A DNA stretch of 64,000 nucleotides from Planctomycetota bacterium (lineage in GTDB: Bacteria > Planctomycetota > B15-G4 > SIAN01): positions 64,001-128,000 of the forward strand of contig JANNXA010000022.1 of the NCBI GenBank assembly GCA_031409275.1, read 5' to 3'. Shown piece by piece: positions 31,616-40,358 of this stretch (the stretch's first letter is position 1; each line of letters starts with the position of its first letter). Made by a program: the position numbers and the translations under genes. The notes beneath the pieces were generated by a model. It searched no databases and was not told where the DNA came from. It saw only the letters and a list, made by a program, of their open reading frames with translations.

Positions 31616-33007
31616 TCAGCTGCCGCCGGCGGGGGCGGCGCGAAAGAGCTCGCCCTGTTCGGAGGCGCGATCCACGATCGAGCGTGCGGCGCGGACGAGC
31701 TGATCGAGCTCGAGCGGCTTGCGAAGGACTGCCGCGCGTGAGCGACGCAGGAAGGCGGCGGTCTCCTCGCCGAGCGCGTCGCCCGTCACGAAGATGAAGC
31801 GTCGCAAGAGCGCCGGGCGCGTGCGCGCGAGCTGCTCGTAGAGCTGCATGCCGTCGAGCCCGGGACGGTGGATGTCGCTCACGACGACGTCGACCGGCTC
31901 GCCGGCGAGGTAGGAGAGCGCGTCTTCGCCGTGCTCGAAGGTGATGACGTGGTTGCCGTGACCAGAAAACGTGCGCGTGATCACCTCGCGCAACGCCGGC
32001 TCGTCCTCCACCACGACGACGCGGCGATTCTCGATCATCTCGGGCGGCGGCGGCGGCGCCGGCGGACGCTCGGGAAGGGTCACGCCGGCCGTGACCGGAA
32101 GTGACACCCGCATCGAGGCGCCCGGTGGCCGGCGCCGTGCCGCCCGGATCTCGCCGCCGTGGTCGTGCAGGATCTCGCGGCACAGCGTCAACCCGAGTCC
32201 CGTCCCCGAGCCGTCGCTGCGCGAGGTGAAGAACGGGTCGAAGATGCGTTCGCGGATCTGCTCCGGAATGCCCGGGCCATCGTCGCTGACGTCGATGACG
32301 ATCCGCCGGCGAGTGGAGCGGGCCTTCACGACGACGTTGCCGTGGTCCTTCATCGAGCTGATGCCCTGCTGGGCATTGGTGAGCAGGTTGATGAAGACCT
32401 GCGAGAGGAGCGCATCGTCGGCCTCGAACGGCGGCAGGCTCGGCGCGATGTCGAGCTCGAGCTTGATCGAGCGCAATGCGAAGTCGCGCCGCTTGAGTTC
32501 GACGCAGCGCAACAACAGCTCATCCATGCGAACCACGACCCGTTCGCCGCGACCGCTGCGACTGAAACGCAGCAGATTCTGCGCGACGCGCGCGGTTCGG
32601 AGCGCCTCCTCGTGGATGCGCTGCAGGTCACGTCGCGCATCGTCGGCGAGCGGCTGCGCCAGCAGGAACTGCGCGTAGCCGACGATTCCCGACAGCGCGT
32701 TGTTGATCTCGTGGACGACGACGGCGACGAGGCGCCCCGCGGAGGCGAGACGAGACAGGTGGTAGACCTGCTGCTGCAACCGCTCGACGAGACTCTGGTC
32801 GGAGTAGAGGAGCAGAACCCCGTCGGCGAGCGGGATGGACGTCGTCGGGCGGAGGAGTCGTCCGTGCGTGCCGTGCTCGATCGACTTGCCGACGATCTCG
32901 GAGGCGGAGCGATCGAGGAGCTTCAGCGCGAGTCGGTTGGCTTCGACAACGAGGCCATCTGCGCCAAGGCGCAGGGCCGGCAACGGAATGGAGTCGACCC
33001 AGGACAT
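31616..33007 (-). CDS. Cytoplasmic hybrid sensor histidine kinase (PAS-like, HisKA, HATPase, REC)
   Basis: HEINNAL, QVFINLLTNA, DDGPG, FDPFFTS, GTGLGL; receiver VVEDE...VSDIHRPG...FVTG...KP; no transmembrane segment. Confidence 0.93.
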   Translation of the reverse strand: MSWVDSIPLPALRLGADGLVVEANRLALKLLDRSASEIVGKSIEHGTHGRLLRPTTSIPLADGVLLLYSDQSLVERLQQQVYHLSRLASAGRLVAVVVHEINNALSGIVGYAQFLLAQPLADDARRDLQRIHEEALRTARVAQNLLRFSRSGRGERVVVRMDELLLRCVELKRRDFALRSIKLELDIAPSLPPFEADDALLSQVFINLLTNAQQGISSMKDHGNVVVKARSTRRRIVIDVSDDGPGIPEQIRERIFDPFFTSRSDGSGTGLGLTLCREILHDHGGEIRAARRRPPGASMRVSLPVTAGVTLPERPPAPPPPPEMIENRRVVVVEDEPALREVITRTFSGHGNHVITFEHGEDALSYLAGEPVDVVVSDIHRPGLDGMQLYEQLARTRPALLRRFIFVTGDALGEETAAFLRRSRAAVLRKPLELDQLVRAARSIVDRASEQGELFRAAPAGGS

Positions 33008-33063
33008 TGCCGAGCTTCCCCTCGCAATCCCGCCCGGTCAGACGACCGCGATTCAGGCGGCAG

Positions 33064-33093
33064 ATTGTAGGGGCGGCGATGGAGCGACCGCAA
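33064..33093 (-). promoter_or_regulatory. Putative sigma70 promoter of the hybrid kinase
   Basis: Minus-strand TTGCGG-N18-TACAAT. Confidence 0.45.
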
Positions 33094-33259
33094 TCGAGGG
33101 AATGACCGAAAACGGTCGGAAAAGAGCTCCTGAAGCAGTGCGACGACCGGACGAACGGCATCGCGAACAGGCGCCGGCGCCGGTTGCCTCCCGAAATCGA
33201 CTTCAAGTCATGAGCGCGCCGCGTCGATGGATCCCCTTCGGTAGGGGAGCGCACTGGAA

Positions 33260-34054
33260 ATGGCGACCGACTCGTTCAGCGACGTCCGCAGCGAGCTGCA
33301 ATCACGCTCGACACGGACCACCATCGACGAACTCAAGAAGAAGGGCCTCGACCAGGTCCGCGTGATCCGTTCGAGCCAGATCCTCGAGCTGATCGAGAAG
33401 GCGGTCGATCGCGCACTCGCGCGCCGCGGCGTTCCCGAGAATCCGGCCGAGCGCCAGGAACTCCTCACGGATTCGACGGCCATCTTCCGCGACATGCTGC
33501 GCACCGAGATGCAGCAGCAGCAAGGCACAGCTCAGCGCAACTTCGAGGAACTGAAAGCACGGCTCGAGCAGGACGCCGTCGAGATGCAGGCGCTCGAGCA
33601 GCGGTTGTCGCAGCGCGACACTCAGCTCTCCGAGGCGCTCGCGCGGCAGGCCGAACTCGACGCGGAGCTGCGCGTGCTTCGCCAGCGCTCGCAGGCCGGT
33701 TCGCCGCAGGATCTGCTCGAGGAGCTCCGATCGCTGCGCAAGGAGATCGCCCGTCCGCCGGCGCCGGTCGCGATCGCCGCGCCGCCGGTGGCGCCGGCCG
33801 CGAACGGGGCGCTCGAGAAGAGCATCCAGTCGCTCGGGGCCGAGCTCGCCTCGCAGATCGAGCGCATCGGCCGCAAGGTCGGCGTCTCGAGCGCGGCGGA
33901 AGAGTCTCAGGCGGAGCTGTCCGGACTGTTCCAGTCGATCCCAGAGCTCGAGGGCAACCTCGACGCCGTCGAAGCCAAGGAGCGCAAGGCCAGCGACGTC
34001 TCCGATGCGCTGGCTCGCATGAAGTCCCTACGCGGAAGCAAGGGCGGCACTTGA
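33260..34054 (+). CDS. Coiled-coil protein, putative partner of the downstream actin-like ATPase
   Basis: E/Q/L/R-rich heptad region, Pro/Ala linker, C-terminal amphipathic helix DVSDALARMKSLRG; GGGGAG RBS. Confidence 0.8.
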   Translation: MATDSFSDVRSELQSRSTRTTIDELKKKGLDQVRVIRSSQILELIEKAVDRALARRGVPENPAERQELLTDSTAIFRDMLRTEMQQQQGTAQRNFEELKARLEQDAVEMQALEQRLSQRDTQLSEALARQAELDAELRVLRQRSQAGSPQDLLEELRSLRKEIARPPAPVAIAAPPVAPAANGALEKSIQSLGAELASQIERIGRKVGVSSAAEESQAELSGLFQSIPELEGNLDAVEAKERKASDVSDALARMKSLRGSKGGT

Positions 34055-34126
34055 GGTCGAGCCCTTTGCATGCCGATCGGAGTGGGTCCTTAGTCCCTTC
34101 AAACACTGACGAGGCAGGAACGCGAC

Positions 34127-35206
34127 ATGGGTAGCGCAGATCAAGGCAACCACGAGAACGGCACGCGTCCGGCGGTCGGCACCACCGGCGTCGCAGAGCG
34201 CCCGTCGAGCGTCGCCAAGATGGCGGGCAAAGGCCTCGACATCGGCACGGCGAACATCCTCGCCGCGGTGCGCGACCAGAAGGGCGGCATCGTCGTCCGC
34301 TGCGAGCGCAACGCCTTCCTCGACATCCAAGGTGACGTGCACAGCCGCTCGATGCTGACTCGGCTGAACGTCCCCTACGTGGTGCACGAGAATTCGCTGA
34401 TCGTGCTCGGCGGTTCCGCCTTCGAGCTCGCCAACGTCTTCGGCCGGCCGACGCGCCGACCGATGAAGGACGGCCTCATCTCCTCGCTGGAGAAGGAGGC
34501 GCTCCCGATGATGCAGATGATCATCAAGAAGGTGCTCGGTGACCCGGCGCAGCCGAACGAGCCGTGCTTCTTCTCCGTGCCGGCCGAGTCGGTCGACAAG
34601 GAGAACAACATCGTCTACCACCAGGGCCTCTTCGCCGGGATGCTCCAGAAGCTGGGCTACAACGCCACGCCGATGAACGAGGGCCACGCGGTGACGTTCG
34701 CCGAGCTCGCAGCCGAGGATTTCACCGGCATCGGCATCAGCTTCGGCGGCGGCATGGTCAACGTCTGCGTCGCCTACAAGACGATCCCGGCGCTCACCTT
34801 CTCGGTGGCGCGCGGCGGCGACTGGATCGACGACAACGCCTCGAAGGTGCTGGGCCTGCCGTCCTCGAAGGTGACGTACATCAAGGAGAGCGGCATGGAC
34901 ATCCGCTCGCCGAAGGGACGCGAGCAGGAAGCGATCGCGATCTACTACCGCAACCTCATCTCCTACACGCTCCAGAACATCCGCAACCGCCTCAACATGG
35001 GGCGTGACCTGCCGAGCTTCACCGATCCGGTCGAGATCGTCTGCGCCGGTGGCACGTCGATGATCCACGGCTTCATCGAGGTGTTCCGCGAAGAGGTGCA
35101 GAAGATCAAGTTCCCGATCGCCATCAAGGGCGTGCGGCTGGGCAAGGAGCCGCTCAACTCCGTCTCGCAGGGCTGCCTCGTCGCCGCCGTCTCGTCGATG
35201 GAATGA
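34127..35206 (+). CDS. Actin-like ATPase (volactin-like; not MreB or FtsA)
   Basis: Actin-fold motifs GLDIGT, FSVPA, NEGHAV, GISFGGGMVNV, ARGGDWID, CAGGTS and NSVSQG; an alternative ATG lies at 34220. Confidence 0.85.
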   Translation: MGSADQGNHENGTRPAVGTTGVAERPSSVAKMAGKGLDIGTANILAAVRDQKGGIVVRCERNAFLDIQGDVHSRSMLTRLNVPYVVHENSLIVLGGSAFELANVFGRPTRRPMKDGLISSLEKEALPMMQMIIKKVLGDPAQPNEPCFFSVPAESVDKENNIVYHQGLFAGMLQKLGYNATPMNEGHAVTFAELAAEDFTGIGISFGGGMVNVCVAYKTIPALTFSVARGGDWIDDNASKVLGLPSSKVTYIKESGMDIRSPKGREQEAIAIYYRNLISYTLQNIRNRLNMGRDLPSFTDPVEIVCAGGTSMIHGFIEVFREEVQKIKFPIAIKGVRLGKEPLNSVSQGCLVAAVSSME

Positions 35207-35278
35207 GCGAACCGCGGATCGGAGGCGACGCTGCGCGTCACATGACGAGCGGCGTCGCCTCCGCCCGCGTTCCAGCCA

Positions 35279-38275
35279 TCAGTCGAAACGAGATCGCGGC
35301 GGCAACGCCGCGCGCGCGCCATTCGCGAGGTCGCCGAGCAGGAACTCGTGGTTCGTCGTCGCGCCACCGACGAGTTCTCCGCGCCACTGCTGCGACTGCG
35401 TTCCGTCGTCGACCTCGAGGTCGATCGGGCCAGGGTGCAGCGCCGGCAGCGTGACCACCGGCTGGATCGGGACTTCGAACGGCGCGCTCTCCGACGGATG
35501 GACGCGCACCGTCCCGGACAGCGTCGCACCGTCGCTCCGAGCGAACGTCAGGCGCAGCGCGCACGGGCGCTGCAGGTCGACGAAGCCGCTGCCGCGCGCG
35601 ATGCCGACCGATGCATCGACGCGTGTCCGCAGATGACCATCGGCGTCGGCCTGCAGCCACCAGCCATTCGGCGCGGGTGTGCCGCAACACTCGAAGAGCC
35701 CGGCGTCCGAGGTCTCGATGCGGGCGAAGGGCGGCCCATCCCCACAGTGGAGCTCGATCGTTCCTGCCGCGACGGGAGCGGAGGAGGCCATGTCGCGCAG
35801 CTGAATGGAGCTGATGTCGGCGCCGGCGTCGAGCTCCATCGGGGGCATCTCCACGCCGCTTACGACGCGCGCGACCTTCGATGCCAGCAGCAGCCGATTC
35901 GCGGTCGTCGCAAACGCCGTGATCTCCCAGCTACCGGGTTCCATTCCAAGCAGCACGAAGCGGCCGTCGAGCTCGACCGAGGCGCAGCGCCAGTCCGCGC
36001 GTGCGTCCGAGTCGACGCGGCGCGCGACGACGCGAGCATTCCCCGACGCCACGCGTAGCGACGGCCCGATTCGGCCCTCGACGCGGCTGGCCGACGCCGA
36101 CGCGAATGGCACCTCGACGACCGTTCCGGCCTCCACCGTGACGACGCGCTCCTGAGCGGCGTAGTTGTGCCAGGTCGAGGAGAGCCACTCGTCCAGGAGC
36201 CGCAGTCGCACGCATCCGACCGGCCACTGGGGGATGACGATGTGCGCGTCGGACGAGAATCTCAGCGCCAGCTCGGCGCCGTCCGCGCCGTCGATCAGCA
36301 GATGAAGCGCGGTTGCGCGGCGGGCCAGCGCGTCGTCGAGCGTCACGGAGATCGAACCGACGCGCGGCCAGCGCCAGACAGCGTCTTCGGTCGGTGGAGG
36401 CAATTCGAAGCGGACTGGCGGGTCGCTCCCGCGCTCGCAGATCCAGCTCGAGTCGCTGTCGACGGGGACCTCGAGTCGGAACATTCCGTCGCGATCGCTG
36501 ATCGCGGGCGCGGCGAGCGGATGGGGGAGCCAGCGACCGTGCGCGGCGGGAACGGCTGGCCGAGCGATGACACCGGCGATGGGGAGCGAGTTGCCATCGA
36601 CGAGCTGCACGCGGCGAGGGGTCGCACGTCGCAGCACGATCGTGTCGAGCCCGCCCGTACCTTCCGCCGAGCCGGGACGTCGCTCGAACGCGGCAGCGTC
36701 GAAGCCCTGCGCCGCGATCAGCACGCGATGGGGGATCGGCGCGAGGTCACAGCACGTCGCCTGCCCGCTCGCGTCGGTGACGGTGGCGCGCGGTGCCGAC
36801 TGGTTCCAGTCGATCGACTCGTGCTCACGGATCGCGTGCAGCGGGATTGCGATGACCCGTGCGCCGGCGATCGGCGCGCCGATCGGATCGACGATCCGAA
36901 CGGCGAGATCGGCGAGCCGCTCCAACGGGAGCAGCAGCGAGTCGGCCGGGGCGCGGTAGGGGCCGGCATCGAGTGGAGCGAAACCTGGTGCGCGCACCTC
37001 GACGTGGTAGAGGCGGCCATCGGCGGTCCACGGCAACGCGAAGTTCCCGCGTTCGTCGCTCATGACCCAGCCGACCACGAGATGGTCGGTCAATGAGCCG
37101 ACGATGACTTCGGCCCCTGCGATGGGCCGGGTCTCGGCATCAACGACTCGCCCGTTGAAGCGTGACTCGTGGTCGAGCCGGATCAAGAAGGTCCCGGCGC
37201 GCAACTCGTCGGGCTCGACTTCGCGCCGCGTGGCGGCGAAGCCGTCGCATTGGACCGAGAGGACCACCGCCGCGAGCGGGATCTCGGCGGCGGTGAAGAA
37301 ACCGTCCGCGTCGCTGCGCGACACCTCGCGTTCGTCGACCGGCAGCACTCCGAGACGGCCGCAGCGGATCGACGCGCCGACGATCGGTCGGTCGTCGGCG
37401 GTCACCACTCGGCCGCAAAGCTCGATCGGCCGTGCGAGCTCGAGCTGCAACGGGAGGCGATCGTCGACCGCGGTTCGCTCGCTTGGACAGTAACCCGTGG
37501 ATTCGCATTCGACCGACCAGGGTGGCGGAAAGTCCGGGCGCAACGAGAAGGCGCCGTCGACCGCGCACCGAAGCTCCTGGTCGGGCGAACGCTCCGAACG
37601 AACCACGAGCTTCGCTGGCAGCGGTCGCCGCGGCTCATCGAGCTCGCGCACTTGTCCGCGGAGAGTCGCGCGCGCGACGAGGGGCAGGGCAAGACGACCG
37701 CGCGCGACGATGACACCATCGATCTCGACGTGTTGCGTCAGAAGATCGGCGCCGCGAAGCCACAGTTCGTCGCCGACAGCGACCTCGATCGTGAACGGAG
37801 CGACATGTTCATCGAGTCGATGGCGGGCCGACTCCACATTCGCAGCGCTGCGCGCGCCGAGGTTCGCCGCTTTACGGTGCTCCAGCACGTGGTCGGGTGG
37901 AGGCGCCGCCGACGCGTCTCGAACTGCTCGAGTCGATGGTCCGCGGACGAACTCGACGAGGAGGCGGTGCCTTGCGCCGCTCCCCGCTTCGGGCGCAGCT
38001 GGGGGGCTCGCCTCCAGACTTCGAATCGCGCCCGAGCTTGAACTCGAGTCGGGCGCGGAGTTGGCGTCGCCCCGCGCCCCTGCGATCTCGGTGGCGAACT
38101 CGTCCGGTGCCGCAGGCTCACTCGCAACGTCGCGCAGCGCCGGCAGTCGGCTACCGTCGCCATCAGCGCGCTCTCGGTCATTGAGCAAGCCACGGACGGC
38201 GAACCACAACGCGAGCGTTGCGATCGCGACCGCTGCGCGCTGCAGCCATTCATGTCCGCTCCTGCGTGTACTCAC
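35279..38275 (-). CDS. Membrane-anchored protein with multiple carboxypeptidase-regulatory-like (beta-sandwich) domains
   Basis: N-terminal transmembrane helix; repeated GRVV(D/T)xxxxPIxGAxV...(S/T)DxxGxF units; GTG start overlapping the upstream stop. Confidence 0.78.
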   Translation of the reverse strand: MSTRRSGHEWLQRAAVAIATLALWFAVRGLLNDRERADGDGSRLPALRDVASEPAAPDEFATEIAGARGDANSAPDSSSSSGAIRSLEASPPAAPEAGSGARHRLLVEFVRGPSTRAVRDASAAPPPDHVLEHRKAANLGARSAANVESARHRLDEHVAPFTIEVAVGDELWLRGADLLTQHVEIDGVIVARGRLALPLVARATLRGQVRELDEPRRPLPAKLVVRSERSPDQELRCAVDGAFSLRPDFPPPWSVECESTGYCPSERTAVDDRLPLQLELARPIELCGRVVTADDRPIVGASIRCGRLGVLPVDEREVSRSDADGFFTAAEIPLAAVVLSVQCDGFAATRREVEPDELRAGTFLIRLDHESRFNGRVVDAETRPIAGAEVIVGSLTDHLVVGWVMSDERGNFALPWTADGRLYHVEVRAPGFAPLDAGPYRAPADSLLLPLERLADLAVRIVDPIGAPIAGARVIAIPLHAIREHESIDWNQSAPRATVTDASGQATCCDLAPIPHRVLIAAQGFDAAAFERRPGSAEGTGGLDTIVLRRATPRRVQLVDGNSLPIAGVIARPAVPAAHGRWLPHPLAAPAISDRDGMFRLEVPVDSDSSWICERGSDPPVRFELPPPTEDAVWRWPRVGSISVTLDDALARRATALHLLIDGADGAELALRFSSDAHIVIPQWPVGCVRLRLLDEWLSSTWHNYAAQERVVTVEAGTVVEVPFASASASRVEGRIGPSLRVASGNARVVARRVDSDARADWRCASVELDGRFVLLGMEPGSWEITAFATTANRLLLASKVARVVSGVEMPPMELDAGADISSIQLRDMASSAPVAAGTIELHCGDGPPFARIETSDAGLFECCGTPAPNGWWLQADADGHLRTRVDASVGIARGSGFVDLQRPCALRLTFARSDGATLSGTVRVHPSESAPFEVPIQPVVTLPALHPGPIDLEVDDGTQSQQWRGELVGGATTNHEFLLGDLANGARAALPPRSRFD

Positions 38276-38502
38276 TGTGCGGGTTGGACGGGCGGGGGCG
38301 GGACGATGGCTGGTGCGGGCGGTGGTGGCGGGAGCGCCCCGCGAGTCACGTCCGTCGTTCCCGTTCCCGTCTGCGGACCGCCACGCGTTGCGGTGGCCGC
38401 GGTGCCGCCGCCGGCGCGTGCCGCCGCCTCCAGGATGCAAAGACCAAGCGCCGAGGCGAGGGCGGCACCAAGGAGCCATCGCCAGTTTCGCGGAGGCTTC
38501 AA
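38272..38502 (-). CDS. Small (76 aa) secreted Gly/Thr/Pro-rich protein
   Basis: TTG start overlaps the upstream stop and its own stop overlaps the downstream GTG; signal peptide ending AAARA; poly-Pro C-terminus. Confidence 0.55.
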   Translation of the reverse strand: MKPPRNWRWLLGAALASALGLCILEAAARAGGGTAATATRGGPQTGTGTTDVTRGALPPPPPAPAIVPPPPVQPAQ

Positions 38503-39299
38503 GCGACAACTCCAGAGGAAAGGAGAACGGTGGTTTGAGTCAGCATTCGCGCCGCGATCTGGCGCGCTCGCGCCGGGGCGCCGACGCCGCGATCCGCGAG
38601 AGCGAGGAGCTGGCCTTCGAGCGCGAGGGCCCGCCGGCGCACGTCGTGGGGTGCGCCGACCTGCAGCGCTGCACGGAAATGGAACTCGGCAAGCGCCGGT
38701 CGACGCAGCGACATCGCGTAGACGGCGCACGTCCAATGTGAGGCGAGCTGCCGCGGATCGAGCGAGGTGGCGCGCTCCAGCAATTGCACGGCGTCCTCGA
38801 CGCGCGCGTCGTCCGCTTGAAGGATGGCTCGATGCAGCAGCGCCCGCGCCGCCGCGCCGCGCGCCCGAGCCGATGCGAACGCCTGGGCGAATCCTCGATC
38901 GGCGGCGTCGTTGTGTCCTTCCAACCAATCGAGCTGGGCCATCGCGAGATGAGCCGACGAGGCGTGATCACTCATCTGTGCCGCTGCGCGGAGGAGATCG
39001 CGCGCCAGCGCGGCGCGCGAGGGCGTCGTCGGGAGGTGGTCGTTCCTGGCGCAGGGCGCGAGCAGCGCTTCGAGGCGCGAACGCAGGTGGGGCGGCAACC
39101 CGTGCCGAAGGTGCGGATCGGCCAGGCAGTCATGGATGCGCGACTCGAGCGACGCCGATTCGACCGAGTTCGACCGCCGTTCGCACGGAAACGCGTTCCG
39201 AAAGCCGGCGTCGAGCTGCAGCAACTCGACCGCGACGCGAGTCAGTCGATGGGCTGAACGCTGTTCGAGCATCGTGGTGACGTGGGTCGCAACGCTCAT
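38499..39299 (-). CDS. TPR-containing hypothetical protein
   Basis: ATGA coupling; TPR-like helices AHLAMAQLDWLEG...A, ALLHRAIL...AVQLLERATSLDP and AEFHFRAAL. Confidence 0.6.
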   Translation of the reverse strand: MSVATHVTTMLEQRSAHRLTRVAVELLQLDAGFRNAFPCERRSNSVESASLESRIHDCLADPHLRHGLPPHLRSRLEALLAPCARNDHLPTTPSRAALARDLLRAAAQMSDHASSAHLAMAQLDWLEGHNDAADRGFAQAFASARARGAAARALLHRAILQADDARVEDAVQLLERATSLDPRQLASHWTCAVYAMSLRRPALAEFHFRAALQVGAPHDVRRRALALEGQLLALADRGVGAPARARQIAARMLTQTTVLLSSGVVA

Positions 39300-40102
39300 G
39301 GTTGGCTCCTTCCGTGCGTGAGCGCCGGTCGACGCAGGCAGGCCTGCGCCCACGCCATCGAATGGTCGATCTCGAGTCGATATCGCTCCACCGCGCTCGC
39401 ATGCGAAAGAAGATGTGCGACCGAAGGCGACTGCGGCGAGGTCTCGGGTGCGTGATGGGGCGCGCAATCCTCCAGAAGCATCGAGCGGTCGTGCCGGGAT
39501 AGCTGCAGCAGCGTCTGCGCGGCGACGACGCGCGCCGCGGCGGCCGAGATGTCGCTGCGCGCGAATGCCAGGAGCGATTCAGGAAGCTCAATGCGTTCGG
39601 CGAGCGCCTCGACGAGCAGCTCCGGCGCCTCGTGCTCGTTGAGGATCGGAACGAAACCTCGGCACTCGTCGGTGAACGCGATCATCACGCGGCGGCAGCG
39701 ACGGTGGATCGACTGGTACTCGCGTTCGATGGAACGCGATGCGATCGAGCGCACGGCATCGAGCGTCTCGGCGAGCACTTCAGCCGTGAGCGGCTCGATG
39801 CTCGCAGGCAGCGCTTGTTCATCGGCGATACGACGCAGCTCGTCCGCGACTTCGCGGCGATTGAGCTGGCAGAACAGCAGCAAAAGGTCCGGGTCGTCGC
39901 GCACGCGCAGCCGCTCAAGGAGCGCGATCGACGCGTCGCCGACGGTTTGGCCGGAATCGAGATCCGGACAACTTCGAGCGAGCAGCGCCTGCTCGTCCGT
40001 GGAAATTGGACGCAAGCCGCAGGCGGCTTGACCTTGATCGGTGCGATGGGCGGCCATTCGCTTCGTCCGTGAATGCGCGACCGCCGTGCACGCGCCTTCC
40101 AA
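39296..40102 (-). CDS. Hypothetical protein, possibly a degenerate ECF-sigma-factor-like protein
   Basis: TTG start with GGGGAAGGG RBS; weak sigma region-2-like (LLERLRVRDDPDLLLLFCQLNRREV...LTAEVL) and region-4-like (LLQLSRHDRSMLLE) segments. Confidence 0.45.
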   Translation of the reverse strand: MEGACTAVAHSRTKRMAAHRTDQGQAACGLRPISTDEQALLARSCPDLDSGQTVGDASIALLERLRVRDDPDLLLLFCQLNRREVADELRRIADEQALPASIEPLTAEVLAETLDAVRSIASRSIEREYQSIHRRCRRVMIAFTDECRGFVPILNEHEAPELLVEALAERIELPESLLAFARSDISAAAARVVAAQTLLQLSRHDRSMLLEDCAPHHAPETSPQSPSVAHLLSHASAVERYRLEIDHSMAWAQACLRRPALTHGRSQP

Positions 40103-40126
40103 CCGATCCCTTCCCCGTGGAAGAGA

Positions 40127-40155
40127 AGTATTGAAGTTGTGGCCAACCTGCGCAA
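40127..40155 (-). promoter_or_regulatory. Putative sigma70 promoter of the 40.1-35.3 kb operon, in a relatively AT-rich spacer
   Basis: Minus-strand TTGCGC-N17-AATACT. Confidence 0.4.
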
Positions 40156-40358
40156 CTAGGACAAAGTATGTAATTTGATCGGGTGACTACTCATGGGGTG
40201 GCTGCGGACGGGCGGGCTGGGGCTCTCGATCATCATGGACTTAACGTCTGATAATAAATGTTCTGATGACATTAGCCTGGGGAGCAGCTGGACCTGTTGG
40301 CCCGAACTCGTCCTCGACGTTCGAAACGCGCCTTTGCGAGGCGGCCCGGCCGACTTCG

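Noticed and set aside
34052..34070. Sigma54 promoter before the actin-like gene
   Set aside because: GG and GC are separated by 11 nt rather than the required 10.
34127..35206. Calling the actin-like gene mreB, ftsA, mamK or parM
   Set aside because: It lacks the MreB-type DIGGGT phosphate-2 motif and the expected gene neighbours for any of these.
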